64,000 bases of DNA from Patescibacteria group bacterium. GTDB taxonomy: Bacteria; Patescibacteriota; Patescibacteriia; SG8-24; DYFX01. Position numbers and translations under genes: made by a program. Location: NCBI GenBank assembly GCA_030583805.1, contig CP129476.1:604129-668128 (forward strand), written 5' to 3'. Positions 1 through 9,150 of this stretch are shown in pieces (position 1 is the first letter of the stretch; the number at the start of each line of letters is the position of its first letter). The notes below the pieces were generated by a model. It ran no database searches. It saw nothing but the letters and a program-made list of their open reading frames with translations, and was not told the origin of the DNA.

Positions 1-344
1 TCAAGCTTATGATAACCGCCGAACGGCGTAATGGCGCCGGGGTTCAGCTTCATCTTTTTCAAGGTCTTCTCGACCGCCATCTCCACTTTTTTGGCCTTGA
101 GCTGCTTTTTGATCTTCTGGAAGTTCGCGCGATACGAAGCCGGAATCACCAAAATAAAGTGCTTCCCCTTCTTGTCGACTTTCGGCAGCTCGACCTTCAC
201 GAGCAGCGTCTTGGCGATACCGTCGAGCTTCTCGCCGAGGGTCTGCGCCAGGTCGTAGGCGGTATAGACCTTCTTGTGCGGCACGATCTCGTACTTGATC
301 TCGGCCTTGTCGAGATATTTGAGGAGGGGTTTGGCTACAGCCAT
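1..344 (-). CDS. YbaK/ProX-like aminoacyl-tRNA deacylase; ATG at 344, C-terminal end runs off the window
   Basis: Reverse translation from 344 gives MAVAKPLLKYLDKAEIKYEIVPHKKVYTAYDLAQTLGEKLDGIAKTLLVKV...KKVEMA...GAITPFGG. It resembles the YbaK/ProX deacylase fold (compare E. coli YbaK: KTLLV, KKVEMA, GxSPxG). It is absent from the ORF track because it has no in-window stop. Confidence 0.6.
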   Translation of the reverse strand, partial: MAVAKPLLKYLDKAEIKYEIVPHKKVYTAYDLAQTLGEKLDGIAKTLLVKVELPKVDKKGKHFILVIPASYRANFQKIKKQLKAKKVEMAVEKTLKKMKLNPGAITPFGGYHKL

Positions 345-379
345 AGCAAGGGGTTACCTGTTGAAAACTCCCTTCAATA

Positions 380-1786
380 TTAGCCCTTTTTCTCTTTCGG
401 GGCGAGGGCGAGAATATGCGCTTCCTGAAGCTGGACTTCCGGGAGCGGCGAGGGCGCGCCCATCATGGGATCGCGGGCGTCACCTGTCTTCGGGAACGTG
501 ATGACTTCACGAATATTCGGCTCGCCGGCAAGGATCATGGCGACGCGGTCGATGCCCGGAGCGATGCCGCCGTGCGGAGGCGCGCCGTATTCAAAGGCTT
601 CAAGCATGTGGCCGAAGCGCTCGACAATTTCATCGTCAGCCAAGCCGAGGATCTGGAAAATCTTGTTCTGCGTTTCCCGGTCGTGAATACGAATGGAGCC
701 GCCGCCGATTTCGTAACCGTTCAGGACGATGTCGTAAGCCTTGGCGATCACCTTCTCGGGCGCGGTCGCGAGCAGCTCCTTCTGATCGTCGCGCGGCGCG
801 GTGAACGGATGGTGCGCCGAAACCAGACGGCCTTCGGATTCCGACTTTTCGAACAGCGGGAAGTCCACGATCCAGCAGAATGCCAGCTCGTTCGGATCGT
901 CCTTGTTGACGCGCACGTCGGGCTTGTCGTTGCCGTACTTCTCCATCGCTTCGGCGTAGGACAGGCGCGGGAACGGCTTTTGCAGAATTTTCTTTTCGGG
1001 GGAAACCGTTTCGACGAGCTTGATCAGCATTTCTTCCACCAGCGAAATGACGTCCTCTTCGTCGACGAAGGACATCTCCATATCGAGCTGGGTGAATTCC
1101 GGCTGGCGGTCGCCGCGCTGGTCTTCGTCGCGGAAGCAGCGCGCCACCTGGAAGTAGCGCTCCATGCCGGCGACCATGAGAAGCTGCTTGAACTGCTGAG
1201 GCGATTGCGGCAGCACGTAGAACTTGCCGGCGTGCAAGCGCGAGGGCACAAGATACTCGCGCGAGCCTTCCGGCGTGCCCTTGGTGAGAATCGGCGTCTC
1301 GATTTCGAAGAAACCTTTCTGTTCCAGGAAGTCGCGGAAGAATTTCGTGACCTTGAAACGCAACTCCGTATTCTTGCGCATGCGCTCGGAGCGGAGGTCG
1401 AGGTAGCGGTATTTCAAACGAAGCTCTTCGTCGACCGCGCTGGTGTCGGCGTTGAGTTCAAACGGCGGCGTTTTGGCGGCGTTCAACACCGTAAGCTCGA
1501 GCGCTTCGAACTCGACCGTGCCGAGCGGCTGGTTGGCCTGCACTTGTTTCTCGGGACGCGCATTCACCTTGCCGCGAATGGCGACGACGTATTCTGAACG
1601 CAAGTCGGCCGCAGCCGCGAGCGCCTCGGGGTTGCCCGGGTGGAAAACGACTTGGATGATTCCGGTGCGGTCGCGCAATTCGATGAAAATCATCTTGCCC
1701 ATGTTGCGGCGCACGTGCACCCAGCCTTTCAGCAAGACTTCCTCTCCGATCCGGTTCAGGGTTTCTAAAACAAAAATGCGTTTCAT
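380..1786 (-). CDS. aspS: aspartyl-tRNA synthetase, short form lacking the GAD insertion
   Basis: 468 aa. N-terminal OB-fold anticodon-binding domain, class II core with FRDE and GGGSIRIHD-type motifs, no insertion domain. Confidence 0.9.
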   Translation of the reverse strand: MKRIFVLETLNRIGEEVLLKGWVHVRRNMGKMIFIELRDRTGIIQVVFHPGNPEALAAAADLRSEYVVAIRGKVNARPEKQVQANQPLGTVEFEALELTVLNAAKTPPFELNADTSAVDEELRLKYRYLDLRSERMRKNTELRFKVTKFFRDFLEQKGFFEIETPILTKGTPEGSREYLVPSRLHAGKFYVLPQSPQQFKQLLMVAGMERYFQVARCFRDEDQRGDRQPEFTQLDMEMSFVDEEDVISLVEEMLIKLVETVSPEKKILQKPFPRLSYAEAMEKYGNDKPDVRVNKDDPNELAFCWIVDFPLFEKSESEGRLVSAHHPFTAPRDDQKELLATAPEKVIAKAYDIVLNGYEIGGGSIRIHDRETQNKIFQILGLADDEIVERFGHMLEAFEYGAPPHGGIAPGIDRVAMILAGEPNIREVITFPKTGDARDPMMGAPSPLPEVQLQEAHILALAPKEKKG

Positions 1787-1846
1787 ATGCAGTATTTCCT
1801 CCGAACTTTACCACGCGTTTCTCACTTCAGCAACCCCGGCCAAAGT

Positions 1847-1880
1847 ACGAAAAAATGGCTTAGGTAAGCCATTTATTTGA
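1847..1880. terminator. bidirectional hairpin AATGGCTTA-ggt-TAAGCCATT flanked by an A-run and a T-run
   Basis: Perfect 9-bp stem seen in the sequence. It separates the YecM-like gene from aspS. Confidence 0.45.
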
Positions 1881-1886
1881 TGTCGC

Positions 1887-2393
1887 TCAATGCATCTCGT
1901 CACGCTTGATCTTGTCGATCAAGGCCTCGGGCTCGATCCGAACCTTGAAGGTCGGGCTGATGAGGGCGTCGTACGTCACGTGATGCGGACGTTCGTGCTT
2001 CTCGAACACGACCTGCTTGCGCGCGAACGAGGCAACGAGCTCTTCGACCGAACCGCACGTGGGATAGATCTCGATGTGGTCGAACCCGCGCTTCTGACTG
2101 CCGTCCTTCTTCTGATCGGACAGCTCAAGGAACGAGATCGGGCCGAGGAACGTCGGCAGCGCGGGATCGAACTTGATCACGGCGATGCGACGACCTGAGA
2201 TCCAGGACTGGTAGAGGAACCCGTCCGGCCTCTCGAAGAACGACCGTACGCGTTCGAATTCGCCGTCATCTTGGCAGCGATAACACAGGTGATCTGCGGT
2301 CGCGAACGGATTGAGCCTGCCCGCCCACGCATCGAACAGTTCCGTGGCATGATTCGCCTCTCGCATGAACGTTTCCAGCGTCAGTCGTCGCAT
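1887..2393 (-). CDS. YecM-like protein (VOC/glyoxalase-fold family)
   Basis: ADHLCYRCQ and GFDHIEIYP..FKVRIEP align by eye with E. coli YecM (DHISLRCHQ, GWEHIEIVLP, TIKFHPW). Start taken at internal ATG MRRLTL (2393), which has an AGGAAAG-like RBS; the maximal ORF begins with TTG at 2453. Confidence 0.5.
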   Translation of the reverse strand: MRRLTLETFMREANHATELFDAWAGRLNPFATADHLCYRCQDDGEFERVRSFFERPDGFLYQSWISGRRIAVIKFDPALPTFLGPISFLELSDQKKDGSQKRGFDHIEIYPTCGSVEELVASFARKQVVFEKHERPHHVTYDALISPTFKVRIEPEALIDKIKRDEMH

Positions 2394-2453
2394 GCTCTTT
2401 CCTTTCAAAAAGGAGCCTCCGTCACTGTAGGACGAAGGCTCGTGCGGGGTCAA

Positions 2454-2890
2454 CTACCTCCGAGGAGCTCTGCGACTCATATCACGGCGTTCGCCGAGCG
2501 TTGCGAGGCTGAGATACCACTTCAGCATGAAGGCGGCGGTACCTGTCGCCCGCTTCAAGGAGCGACGCACGTTCCCCTCTCGGTCAAAGCAGTCGGGAAG
2601 CCGCTCTACCAGTAGAGCGACACGACGCGCCGATCCCTGCGAGCGATCCGGCCACGGATCCTTCCGACGCGCGCGCTTGACGAGGCGCCGCATTTCTTTT
2701 CCGATCTCGCGCAATGGGCGCAGTTCGCCGCGAAGCTTCTCGATCACCTCCGGCGTAGCATCCCTTCCCCTCTCCATACTCTCCAGGAGGGAATCACACG
2801 GATCCTTTCGAGGATGCATGAACGCATGGATCGCCATGTTATACAGCAGCGAGCCCGAGCCGGGCGCAAGAACGTTCGACGTACCCATGT
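2454..2890 (-). CDS. hypothetical protein, about 145 aa
   Basis: ORF between asnS and the YecM-like gene, MGTSNVLAPGSG...EVIEKLRGELRPLREIGKEMRRLV. The upstream part of the track ORF overlaps asnS and is R-rich, so only the distal part is called. Confidence 0.35.
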
Positions 2891-2947
2891 CGTGCCTCCA
2901 AAAAGAAAGACCACGCCCATCATAGGAGCGCGGTCTTGCTTCGTCAA

Positions 2948-4246
2948 TCACGGGTTCAGGCGGTTCAGGAGGCGTGCGAACGGGATCGTTTCGCGGACGT
3001 GCGGGAGTTTGCAGATCCAAGCGACCGTGCGCTCGAGGCCGATGCCGAAACCGGAGTGCGGCACGGAGCCGTAGCGGCGGATGTCGAGATACCATTCGAA
3101 GGCTTCCTTCGGCAGACCGTGCTGCGCGATGCGTTCCTCGAGGAGTTTCAAGTCGTCGATGCGCTGCGAACCGCCGATGATTTCGCCGTAGCCTTCCGGA
3201 GCGAGCATGTCGTTGTTCAAGACCTGCTTCGGATTCTCCGGGTCGGGCTTCATGTAAAACGCCTTCACTTCCACCGGATAGTGGTGGATGAAGATCGGCT
3301 TGTCGTATTGCTGGGTGAGAATCGTTTCGTCGTCGGCGCCGAGATCGTCGCCCCACTTCACGTCGCTGCCGAGCTTCTGGAGCTGCGCAATTGCTTCGTC
3401 GTAATGGACGCGCGGGAAACCGCCGGCGACGACCGCTTCGAGAGGCGCCGTGTCGCGTTCGAGCGTTTTCAGATCTTCGCGGCGGTTGGCCAGCACTTTT
3501 TTGACGATGTGCACGACCATATCTTCCTGAAGCTGCATGTTCTCCGCGTAATCCATGTAGGCCGCTTCGGCTTCAAGCATCCAAAACTCCGTGAGATGAC
3601 GGCGTGTCTTGGATTTTTCGGAGCGGAAGGTCGGGCCGAAGCAATACGTCTTGCCGAGCGCGGCGGACGTCGCTTCAAGATAGAGCTGGCCGGACTGCGA
3701 GAGGTACGCTTTATCGTCGAAGTATTTCACTTCAAAGAGATCGGTCGTGCCTTCGACGGCGTTCGGCGTGAAGATCGGCGAGTCGGTCAGGGTGAATCCC
3801 CTCTCGTGCATGAATTCGCGCATGGCGAACTCGATCTCGTCGCGGACGCGCAGGATTGCCTCCTGGCGCGAGGAACGCAGCCAGAGGTGGCGGATGTCCA
3901 TCAAGAATTCGACGCCGTGCTCTTTTTTGCCGATCGGAAATTCTTCGGTCGGCAGCGCGACGACGCGGACAGCCTTCGCCTGGATTTCGTAGCCCGACGG
4001 CGCACGCGGTTCAGCCTTCACCAGCCCCTCGACTTCGACCGAAGCCTCGATCGAAAGCGACTGGCAAGCGTTCCACGTTTCTTCAGAAACCTCTTTCTTG
4101 GAGATCACGGCCTGCAGGCGGCCGGAGCCGTCGCGGAACTGCAAAAAGAAGATCGATCCGGACGATCGGAAGTTATGGCACCAGCCTTTCAGCAGGACTT
4201 CCTGACCGTCATATTTCGCGATGTCGCGGACGAGCGTGTGTTGCAT
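2948..4246 (-). CDS. asnS: asparaginyl-tRNA synthetase
   Basis: 432 aa. Class IIb aaRS with N-terminal OB fold and motif 2/3 ([37 protein letters not shown]), typical of AsnRS. Confidence 0.9.
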   Translation of the reverse strand: MQHTLVRDIAKYDGQEVLLKGWCHNFRSSGSIFFLQFRDGSGRLQAVISKKEVSEETWNACQSLSIEASVEVEGLVKAEPRAPSGYEIQAKAVRVVALPTEEFPIGKKEHGVEFLMDIRHLWLRSSRQEAILRVRDEIEFAMREFMHERGFTLTDSPIFTPNAVEGTTDLFEVKYFDDKAYLSQSGQLYLEATSAALGKTYCFGPTFRSEKSKTRRHLTEFWMLEAEAAYMDYAENMQLQEDMVVHIVKKVLANRREDLKTLERDTAPLEAVVAGGFPRVHYDEAIAQLQKLGSDVKWGDDLGADDETILTQQYDKPIFIHHYPVEVKAFYMKPDPENPKQVLNNDMLAPEGYGEIIGGSQRIDDLKLLEERIAQHGLPKEAFEWYLDIRRYGSVPHSGFGIGLERTVAWICKLPHVRETIPFARLLNRLNP

Positions 4247-4282
4247 ATCGGCCTTACCTTAGCCGGAAATGTCCGGAAAAAC

Positions 4283-4310
4283 AAGACCCGCCGGGAGGGC
4301 GGGTCTGTCG
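4283..4310 (-). terminator. hairpin GACCCGCC-ctcc-CGGCGGGTC followed by a T-rich tract on the minus strand
   Basis: 8-bp GC stem downstream of the 4323-4967 gene and upstream of asnS. Confidence 0.4.
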
Positions 4311-4322
4311 GTATGCGCGTTC

Positions 4323-4967
4323 CTATATTGGAAAATACAGGAGCGTATCGTAAATCTCGCGCATCACCTTCAGGACGTTCTGCTGGGGGTCTTGAGAGAC
4401 GATCACGCAGTTGAACCCCGTCTTGGCGAGCGATGGGCTGTCGGGTTGGATCAGGATGTAGCTCAACTCTTTCGCATCGCTTCCTGGGGTCGGCGTACCC
4501 TCCCCTAACACGACCCGGATGGATCCTCCAGGTCCCGAGATGTTCTTTTCCTTGTTTTTGAATTCCCATTCTTCGAATGCAAAGACGTCGGGGGCCGGGC
4601 ACGTGAACTGCGCAACCGCTTGTGCGCCGTTCATGAGCAAACCCGATGATCTGTCGTACCGATCCAACGTCAGCTCTGGATCGACCTCGAACATATATTC
4701 TCCGAGACGATGAACCCGAGCCGCGCCGGCGCCGATCTGACCCTCCTCCAAAAGACCGACCTTTTCTGAGACCTCGCCGACGACCTTTCGAGTCTGATCA
4801 GATGACGACCCCGCATCAAGGATCATTGCCTCAAGCTCGCCTCTCATATTGTCGACATACAACCAGCCGCCGATCACGGTGGCGATGAAAAGAATGACCG
4901 CCAGGCCGGCAATCGGCTTCGCTGGCACGGCTTTTCCGGACAAGGGATTCATTGGTTCCATAGGCAT
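4323..4967 (-). CDS. membrane-anchored hypothetical protein
   Basis: One N-terminal TM helix (AGLAVILFIATVIGGWLYV) followed by a soluble domain. No recognised motif. Confidence 0.55.
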   Translation of the reverse strand: MPMEPMNPLSGKAVPAKPIAGLAVILFIATVIGGWLYVDNMRGELEAMILDAGSSSDQTRKVVGEVSEKVGLLEEGQIGAGAARVHRLGEYMFEVDPELTLDRYDRSSGLLMNGAQAVAQFTCPAPDVFAFEEWEFKNKEKNISGPGGSIRVVLGEGTPTPGSDAKELSYILIQPDSPSLAKTGFNCVIVSQDPQQNVLKVMREIYDTLLYFPI

Positions 4968-5741
4968 TTAAAATGCGAGTCTTGCCTCCAGTGTAGCACG
5001 CGCGGGGGCGAGATGAACACGCACGAGCGGCAAGCACGTAAGCGGGCGGTCAAGCTGGGATTCGAGCAGCGCCAGGCTGGAACGGATCGTGGCGTGATGA
5101 AGCGGCATCTTTGCCGCGCCTTCCAAAACCGCGAGGATCTCCGCGTGGGCTTGGCCGTCGAGCGTTTCCGCTCCGGCGAGCGCGCGCTCGTCGAGCGGGC
5201 ACAGGCGGCAGGCGGCGGAACCGCGGGCGGGCAGGAAGCGCGAATGCTCGTAGCGCAAATCTTTTCCGCACTCGCAGCACGCTTCAAGCTTCGGATGGTA
5301 GCCGAGATGCGACAGGAGACGCCACACGAAAACGGAGAGACGCGGCATCAGGCGGTCTTCCGGCAGCACGGCCGCGTCGGCGTACCATGATTCGACGAGG
5401 CGCCACAGCTCCTCGTCGCGTTCGCCAAGTTTCACGAAATGATCGAGCGCCTCGGCGACAAACGAAGCGGCGACATAGCGGCGGTCGTCGGCGACGAGCG
5501 GCTCGGGCGAGCGCGCCATGATGGCGCCGCAGAGCGTGTCGAGCTTGCGCCCGCGCGCGAGATGCAAATCCACCAGCGTGAACGGTTCCAAATGCGGGCC
5601 GAGTTTCGAAAGCACTTTGCGCGTGCCGCGGCCGACAGCCAAAAGCTTGCCGCCTTCGCGGGTATAGAGCGTGTACAGGCGGGCGGCGTCGCGCCACGTT
5701 TCGCGGCGCAGCACGATGGCGCGGGCGTGGTAGGTCGACAT
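4968..5741 (-). CDS. recO: DNA repair protein RecO
   Basis: MSTYHARAIVLRR... N-terminal OB fold. C-terminal CxxC...CxxC zinc motif (CCECG...CRLC). Confidence 0.85.
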   Translation of the reverse strand: MSTYHARAIVLRRETWRDAARLYTLYTREGGKLLAVGRGTRKVLSKLGPHLEPFTLVDLHLARGRKLDTLCGAIMARSPEPLVADDRRYVAASFVAEALDHFVKLGERDEELWRLVESWYADAAVLPEDRLMPRLSVFVWRLLSHLGYHPKLEACCECGKDLRYEHSRFLPARGSAACRLCPLDERALAGAETLDGQAHAEILAVLEGAAKMPLHHATIRSSLALLESQLDRPLTCLPLVRVHLAPARATLEARLAF

Positions 5742-6163
5742 TATTCCGTTTTCATCCGATCCAGGAAGGACTGCAGGAACAGGGTCGCGGCGGCAGTATC
5801 ACGATCGAGTCCGGAGGCTTTCCAAGCTTTCTTGCCGCCCATCGCTTCCATATGCGCCTCGATTTCGCGGCTGGAGAGGCGTTCGTCTTCAAGAACGACC
5901 GGCACGTCGAGCGCCTCCTCAAGCTTGGCGGCAAAAGCGCGGGCGATCTCCGTCTGCTCGGTGGAACGGCCGTCTTTCGAAATCGGCAACCCGACGACGA
6001 CGTGGTCGACGCGCTCCGAAACGATGACAGCCTTGATATCTTCAATCAGCGCGGCTTCGCCGTGATGATCGAGCAGTTTGAGCGGCGCGGCAACTCCGGC
6101 GTCGGTCGAACCGATTGCGAGACCGACGCGCTTCGAGCCGTGATCGATGCCGAGCACGTTCAT
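5741..6163 (-). CDS. ruvX: Holliday-junction resolvase-like RuvX/YqgF
   Basis: LGIDHGSKRVGLAIG...GLP, RNase H-like YqgF signature. Its TAA overlaps the recO ATG (TAATG). Confidence 0.85.
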   Translation of the reverse strand: MNVLGIDHGSKRVGLAIGSTDAGVAAPLKLLDHHGEAALIEDIKAVIVSERVDHVVVGLPISKDGRSTEQTEIARAFAAKLEEALDVPVVLEDERLSSREIEAHMEAMGGKKAWKASGLDRDTAAATLFLQSFLDRMKTE

Positions 6164-6164
6164 A

Positions 6165-6941
6165 TCAGATCGGCAGCGGAGTCAAAATTTCGTAGCCGTC
6201 GTCCGTGACGGCGACGGTGACCTCCCAATGCGCGGCCGGCTTCTTGTCGATCGTTTTGATCGTCCATTGGTCGCGGGCGAGGAGCACGTCCCAGCTGCCC
6301 ATCGTGACCATCGGCTCGACGGCCAAGACCATCCCTTTTTTGATCGTGACGGCCGGCATGTCCGGATCGTCATAATTCGGCACGTTCGGCTCTTCATGCA
6401 CGTGGCGACCGACGCCGTGCCCGACCAGCGCGCGCACGACGCCGAAACCGGCCCGCTCGACGACCGGCTGAACGGCTCTTCCGACCTCCCGGATTTTGAC
6501 GCCCGGACGGATGACGTCGATGCCGGCAAGCAAGGATTCTTTCGTAACACGCACGAGTTTCTGCCACGATTCCGGCACTTCGCCGATCGGCAGCGTGACC
6601 GCCATGTCGGTGCAGAGGCCTTTGTAGCGCAGTCCGATATCAAGAGAAAGAAGCATTCCCTCTTCCAATGCGCGGCCGGGATGCGGCGGCGCGTGAACGA
6701 CCTCGTCATTAATCGACGTGCAGACCGTGCCGTTGAACGGCACCGCGCCTCCGGCCTTGTAGCCCTTGAAGGACGGCTCGCCGCCGGCATCGCGCATGCG
6801 TTTTTCGGCGTGCGCGTCGAGCTCGGCCGTCGTGACGCCGGGTTTGGCCATCCGCGCGAGTTCACCCAAAATCTCCGAGAGGAGGCGACCCCCTTCCCGG
6901 AGCTTGGCGATATCTTCGTCTGTGTAGTGCTGGATGGCCAT
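6165..6941 (-). CDS. map: methionine aminopeptidase type I
   Basis: 258 aa. FNGTVCTSINDEVVHAPP, VGHGVGRHVHEEP and other metal-ligand motifs of MetAP-1. Confidence 0.9.
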   Translation of the reverse strand: MAIQHYTDEDIAKLREGGRLLSEILGELARMAKPGVTTAELDAHAEKRMRDAGGEPSFKGYKAGGAVPFNGTVCTSINDEVVHAPPHPGRALEEGMLLSLDIGLRYKGLCTDMAVTLPIGEVPESWQKLVRVTKESLLAGIDVIRPGVKIREVGRAVQPVVERAGFGVVRALVGHGVGRHVHEEPNVPNYDDPDMPAVTIKKGMVLAVEPMVTMGSWDVLLARDQWTIKTIDKKPAAHWEVTVAVTDDGYEILTPLPI

Positions 6942-6948
6942 TGGATCT

Positions 6949-7698
6949 TTAGGAATTCAGAATATACCCGGTAATCGTCAATACCGCAAAGGTCACAACG
7001 GCCAAGGCGAGGAAAATCAGCCCCCACAACTTGAGCCGCCGCGCCCGCGCTTTTCGGTGAAACAGATCCTCCAATTTCAACTCGGCTTCATGGGCGACCT
7101 CGGCGATGCCCTTGCGCGCGTCGACCAGGACGAGCTTCCCTCTCGCGGCGAACCATTCCTTGAGCGGTTCGGTGACTTCGTGATAGTGCCGGAGGCGTTC
7201 TTCGACGAGTTCCGGGGTGTCGTCGCCGCGCCGCACGAGCTCTCCGCCGCACTTGTCGCACGTGCCGTTCGGGCTGTGCGGAGGCTGCGTGATCAGGTTG
7301 TAGTTCGTCTTGCATTTCGAGCAGAGGCGGCGGTACGAAATGCGCTTTTTGGAATCCTCGTCCGGCACTTCCAGATAGAGCACGGCGTCAGGCTTGAAAA
7401 AGCTTTCGCACTTCTTCGCCTGCTCGACCGAACGGGGAAATCCGTCGAGAATCCACCCCTCCGGATGCTTGGAGACCCAGTCCTTCACGAGCGGCATGAT
7501 GATGTCGTCATCAACGAACGCGCCCTTGGCCATTTCGATTTTCGCCGTGTGGCCGCGTTTGGAATCTTCGTTCTGCAACTCACGAAGCAATTCGCCGACC
7601 GAAGCGGTCTGCACGCCCATGATGACGCTCAGGATGTGCGACTGCGTGCCTTTACCGGAGGCCTGCGTTCCGAGCACGGCGACTTTCATCCGCTTCAT
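6949..7698 (-). CDS. adk: adenylate kinase with Zn-LID and an unusual C-terminal hydrophobic tail
   Basis: Start chosen at MKRMKVAVLG (ATG 7698); the upstream part of the track ORF is R-rich and overlaps the neighbouring gene. P-loop GTQASGKGTQ, LID CSKCK...CDKCGG. Last 30 aa RRLKLWGLIFLALAVVTFAVLTITGYILNS look like a TM helix. Confidence 0.85.
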   Translation of the reverse strand: MKRMKVAVLGTQASGKGTQSHILSVIMGVQTASVGELLRELQNEDSKRGHTAKIEMAKGAFVDDDIIMPLVKDWVSKHPEGWILDGFPRSVEQAKKCESFFKPDAVLYLEVPDEDSKKRISYRRLCSKCKTNYNLITQPPHSPNGTCDKCGGELVRRGDDTPELVEERLRHYHEVTEPLKEWFAARGKLVLVDARKGIAEVAHEAELKLEDLFHRKARARRLKLWGLIFLALAVVTFAVLTITGYILNS

Positions 7699-8546
7699 GA
7701 TGGAAAAATGAAGAATGAGACGATGTAGGCAAGGGAAGCGCCGAGCGCGATGGGTGGCAGCGCCGGAATCGGCCTGCGTCGCGGTTGGGCGAGAAACAAC
7801 ATGAACATGAGGGCGAAACCGAGCGAGGCGCCAGCCAGCGTCGCGACCGCGTGCACGGGTCCAGTACGAAGCGCCGCGATGGCGAGCATGACGGGCAGCG
7901 CGACGTCGCCCGTGCCGAGCAGCATGCCGCGCTGTTCCGAAGAAGGCGCGGAGAGCAGCGCTCGCGGCGTAAGCGGCGTGAGCACGAACGCGAAAACGAC
8001 GCCGTGCGAAGAAAGGTCGCGGAACATTTTGACCATGTGCTTCGTGCGGTACACGGCCACAATATCGTAGAAGGAAAGCACGGTCAAAAGCGCGAGCATG
8101 GCGACGGGAGACATCTCGAGCGCCAGGCTCGCGGCGATGCCGGCGATGCCGACGACCAAGACCGCGTTCGCCGCGCCCGCGGCTTTCCACAAGAAGCGCA
8201 GCAGGATCACCGCTGATCCGAGCAGCAGGGCGATTCCCGGAGTGAAAAAGATGTCGGCCAGGAACCAGGTGCCAGCCAGGACCGAGAGCACGAAGAGCGC
8301 TTCAAAGACGATCGGGTTCTTGAAGGCGCGGAGCGCCAAGATGAGCATCGCCGTCGCAAACAAGATCAGCATGAGCACGTACGGCACCGACACCGCCGCC
8401 GAGGGTACATACCCGCCCCGCACGATCGTTTTCGCTCCGGCGGCCAGCGCCAGTCCGCCCGTCACGAAAAAGATGAGTAGCCCGTGGGCAAGAATGCTCC
8501 ACTGCTCCCCCTTCGGCAGCGCGGCGACGGGATGATGGTCGGACAT
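7695..8546 (-). CDS. polytopic membrane protein with presenilin/signal-peptide-peptidase-like YD and GxGD motifs
   Basis: Start chosen at MSDHH (ATG 8546). About 8 predicted TM helices. LSFYDIVAVY (YD) and LLGTGDVALP (GxGD), then PPIALGA (possible PAL-like), in the order seen in A22/presenilin-like intramembrane aspartyl proteases. Stop is adjacent to the adk start. Confidence 0.5.
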   Translation of the reverse strand: MSDHHPVAALPKGEQWSILAHGLLIFFVTGGLALAAGAKTIVRGGYVPSAAVSVPYVLMLILFATAMLILALRAFKNPIVFEALFVLSVLAGTWFLADIFFTPGIALLLGSAVILLRFLWKAAGAANAVLVVGIAGIAASLALEMSPVAMLALLTVLSFYDIVAVYRTKHMVKMFRDLSSHGVVFAFVLTPLTPRALLSAPSSEQRGMLLGTGDVALPVMLAIAALRTGPVHAVATLAGASLGFALMFMLFLAQPRRRPIPALPPIALGASLAYIVSFFIFPS

Positions 8547-8566
8547 ACGCAGGCAGTGTACCAAAA

Positions 8567-8586
8567 ACCCGGCTATTAGGCCGGGT
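8567..8586. terminator. palindromic hairpin CCCGGC-tattag-GCCGGG
   Basis: Perfect 6-bp GC stem between the 8596-8940 gene and the presenilin-like gene. Confidence 0.35.
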
Positions 8587-8595
8587 TCGAGAGGA

Positions 8596-8940
8596 CTACC
8601 GCTTCGTCGATGAGGTCTTGCGGAAGGCGTACACATAGGTCGTTGTACCATCGCCGCCGCCCGACCCGCCGTCGAAGCCTTGATCGAGGAGATAGGTCTC
8701 GGTATCGCGAGCGTGCTGATCGTGACCAGCGTCGTTAAAAATCCACGCACCGTTCTCGGCCACGCCATGATCTTCGAACAGGCGCTTGCGCGGATTGGCA
8801 GCAATCCCGACGTACCAGTTTCCGAGCTCGCAGTCCACGCCGTCGCAGCGAGTGGCGTACTGTTTGATAGCCTCGACTATTTTCCAGTCAGTCATATCGG
8901 TCATTGGGTTATGCGGATAAAAATCGGACAAGGGTTTCAA
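8596..8940 (-). CDS. hypothetical small protein with weak GIY-YIG-like motif
   Basis: 114 aa. NWYVGIAANPRKRLFEDHGV resembles the YIG...RR..H half of GIY-YIG/UPF0213 proteins. Gly-rich tail. Sits in the inserted block beside XRE/ImmA. Confidence 0.4.
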   Translation of the reverse strand: MKPLSDFYPHNPMTDMTDWKIVEAIKQYATRCDGVDCELGNWYVGIAANPRKRLFEDHGVAENGAWIFNDAGHDQHARDTETYLLDQGFDGGSGGGDGTTTYVYAFRKTSSTKR

Positions 8941-9115
8941 ATCGGGCCAGGACGGGGCATAATAATAAAGGGACGCCCCTCGACCTTGTCGTGGCCGGAT
9001 GTTCTACCTGCGTTAGCCTCCTCCAGCCGCAAAACTTGGGGAGGCTTTCGCTATTTTTGAGGCTATCACGACGGGTCACTCCGTACAACCTCAAAAAATT
9101 GAGGTTTATCCACAG

Positions 9116-9144
9116 TTGACGATACCGCCGGCGTAGAGTATCTT
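9116..9144 (+). promoter_or_regulatory. sigma70-like promoter TTGACG-N17-TATCTT, about 7 nt before the XRE ATG (near-leaderless)
   Basis: Hexamers and spacing read directly. No SD between the -10 and the ATG at 9151. Confidence 0.45.
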
Positions 9145-9150
9145 TTCCAC

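Noticed and set aside
9-383. Plus-strand 124-aa ORF at the window start
   Set aside because: Antisense to the YbaK-like gene, which has a convincing family-like sequence. Low-complexity Leu/Arg-rich shadow ORF typical of high-GC DNA.
416-1597. Plus-strand 393-aa ORF
   Set aside because: Lies entirely antisense to aspS, whose product has clear class II aaRS motifs. R/A/G-rich composition is typical of GC-rich antisense frames.
4247-4322. Possible T-box or other riboswitch leader upstream of asnS
   Set aside because: Only a generic GC hairpin plus a short CCGGA/UCCGG stem. No T-box specifier or antiterminator consensus (AGGGUGGNACCGCG) was seen. Most simply it is a terminator of the upstream gene.
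2936-4414. Plus-strand 492-aa ORF antisense to asnS; similar long antisense ORFs at 10058-11479 (versus secY), 20336-22315 (versus tuf and rpsJ), 25055-27316 (versus fusA), 43183-46635 (versus infB) and 55446-57131 (versus typA)
   Set aside because: All overlap strongly conserved, motif-bearing genes on the other strand and have Arg/Ala/Gly/Asp-biased low-complexity translations. They are GC-rich shadow ORFs.
6949-8190. Track ORF extending adk 160 codons upstream (MESRGRGERGLGRRHRRH...)
   Set aside because: The extension is extremely Arg-rich and overlaps the presenilin-like membrane protein in another frame. Adk alignment starts at MKRMKVAVLG (7698).
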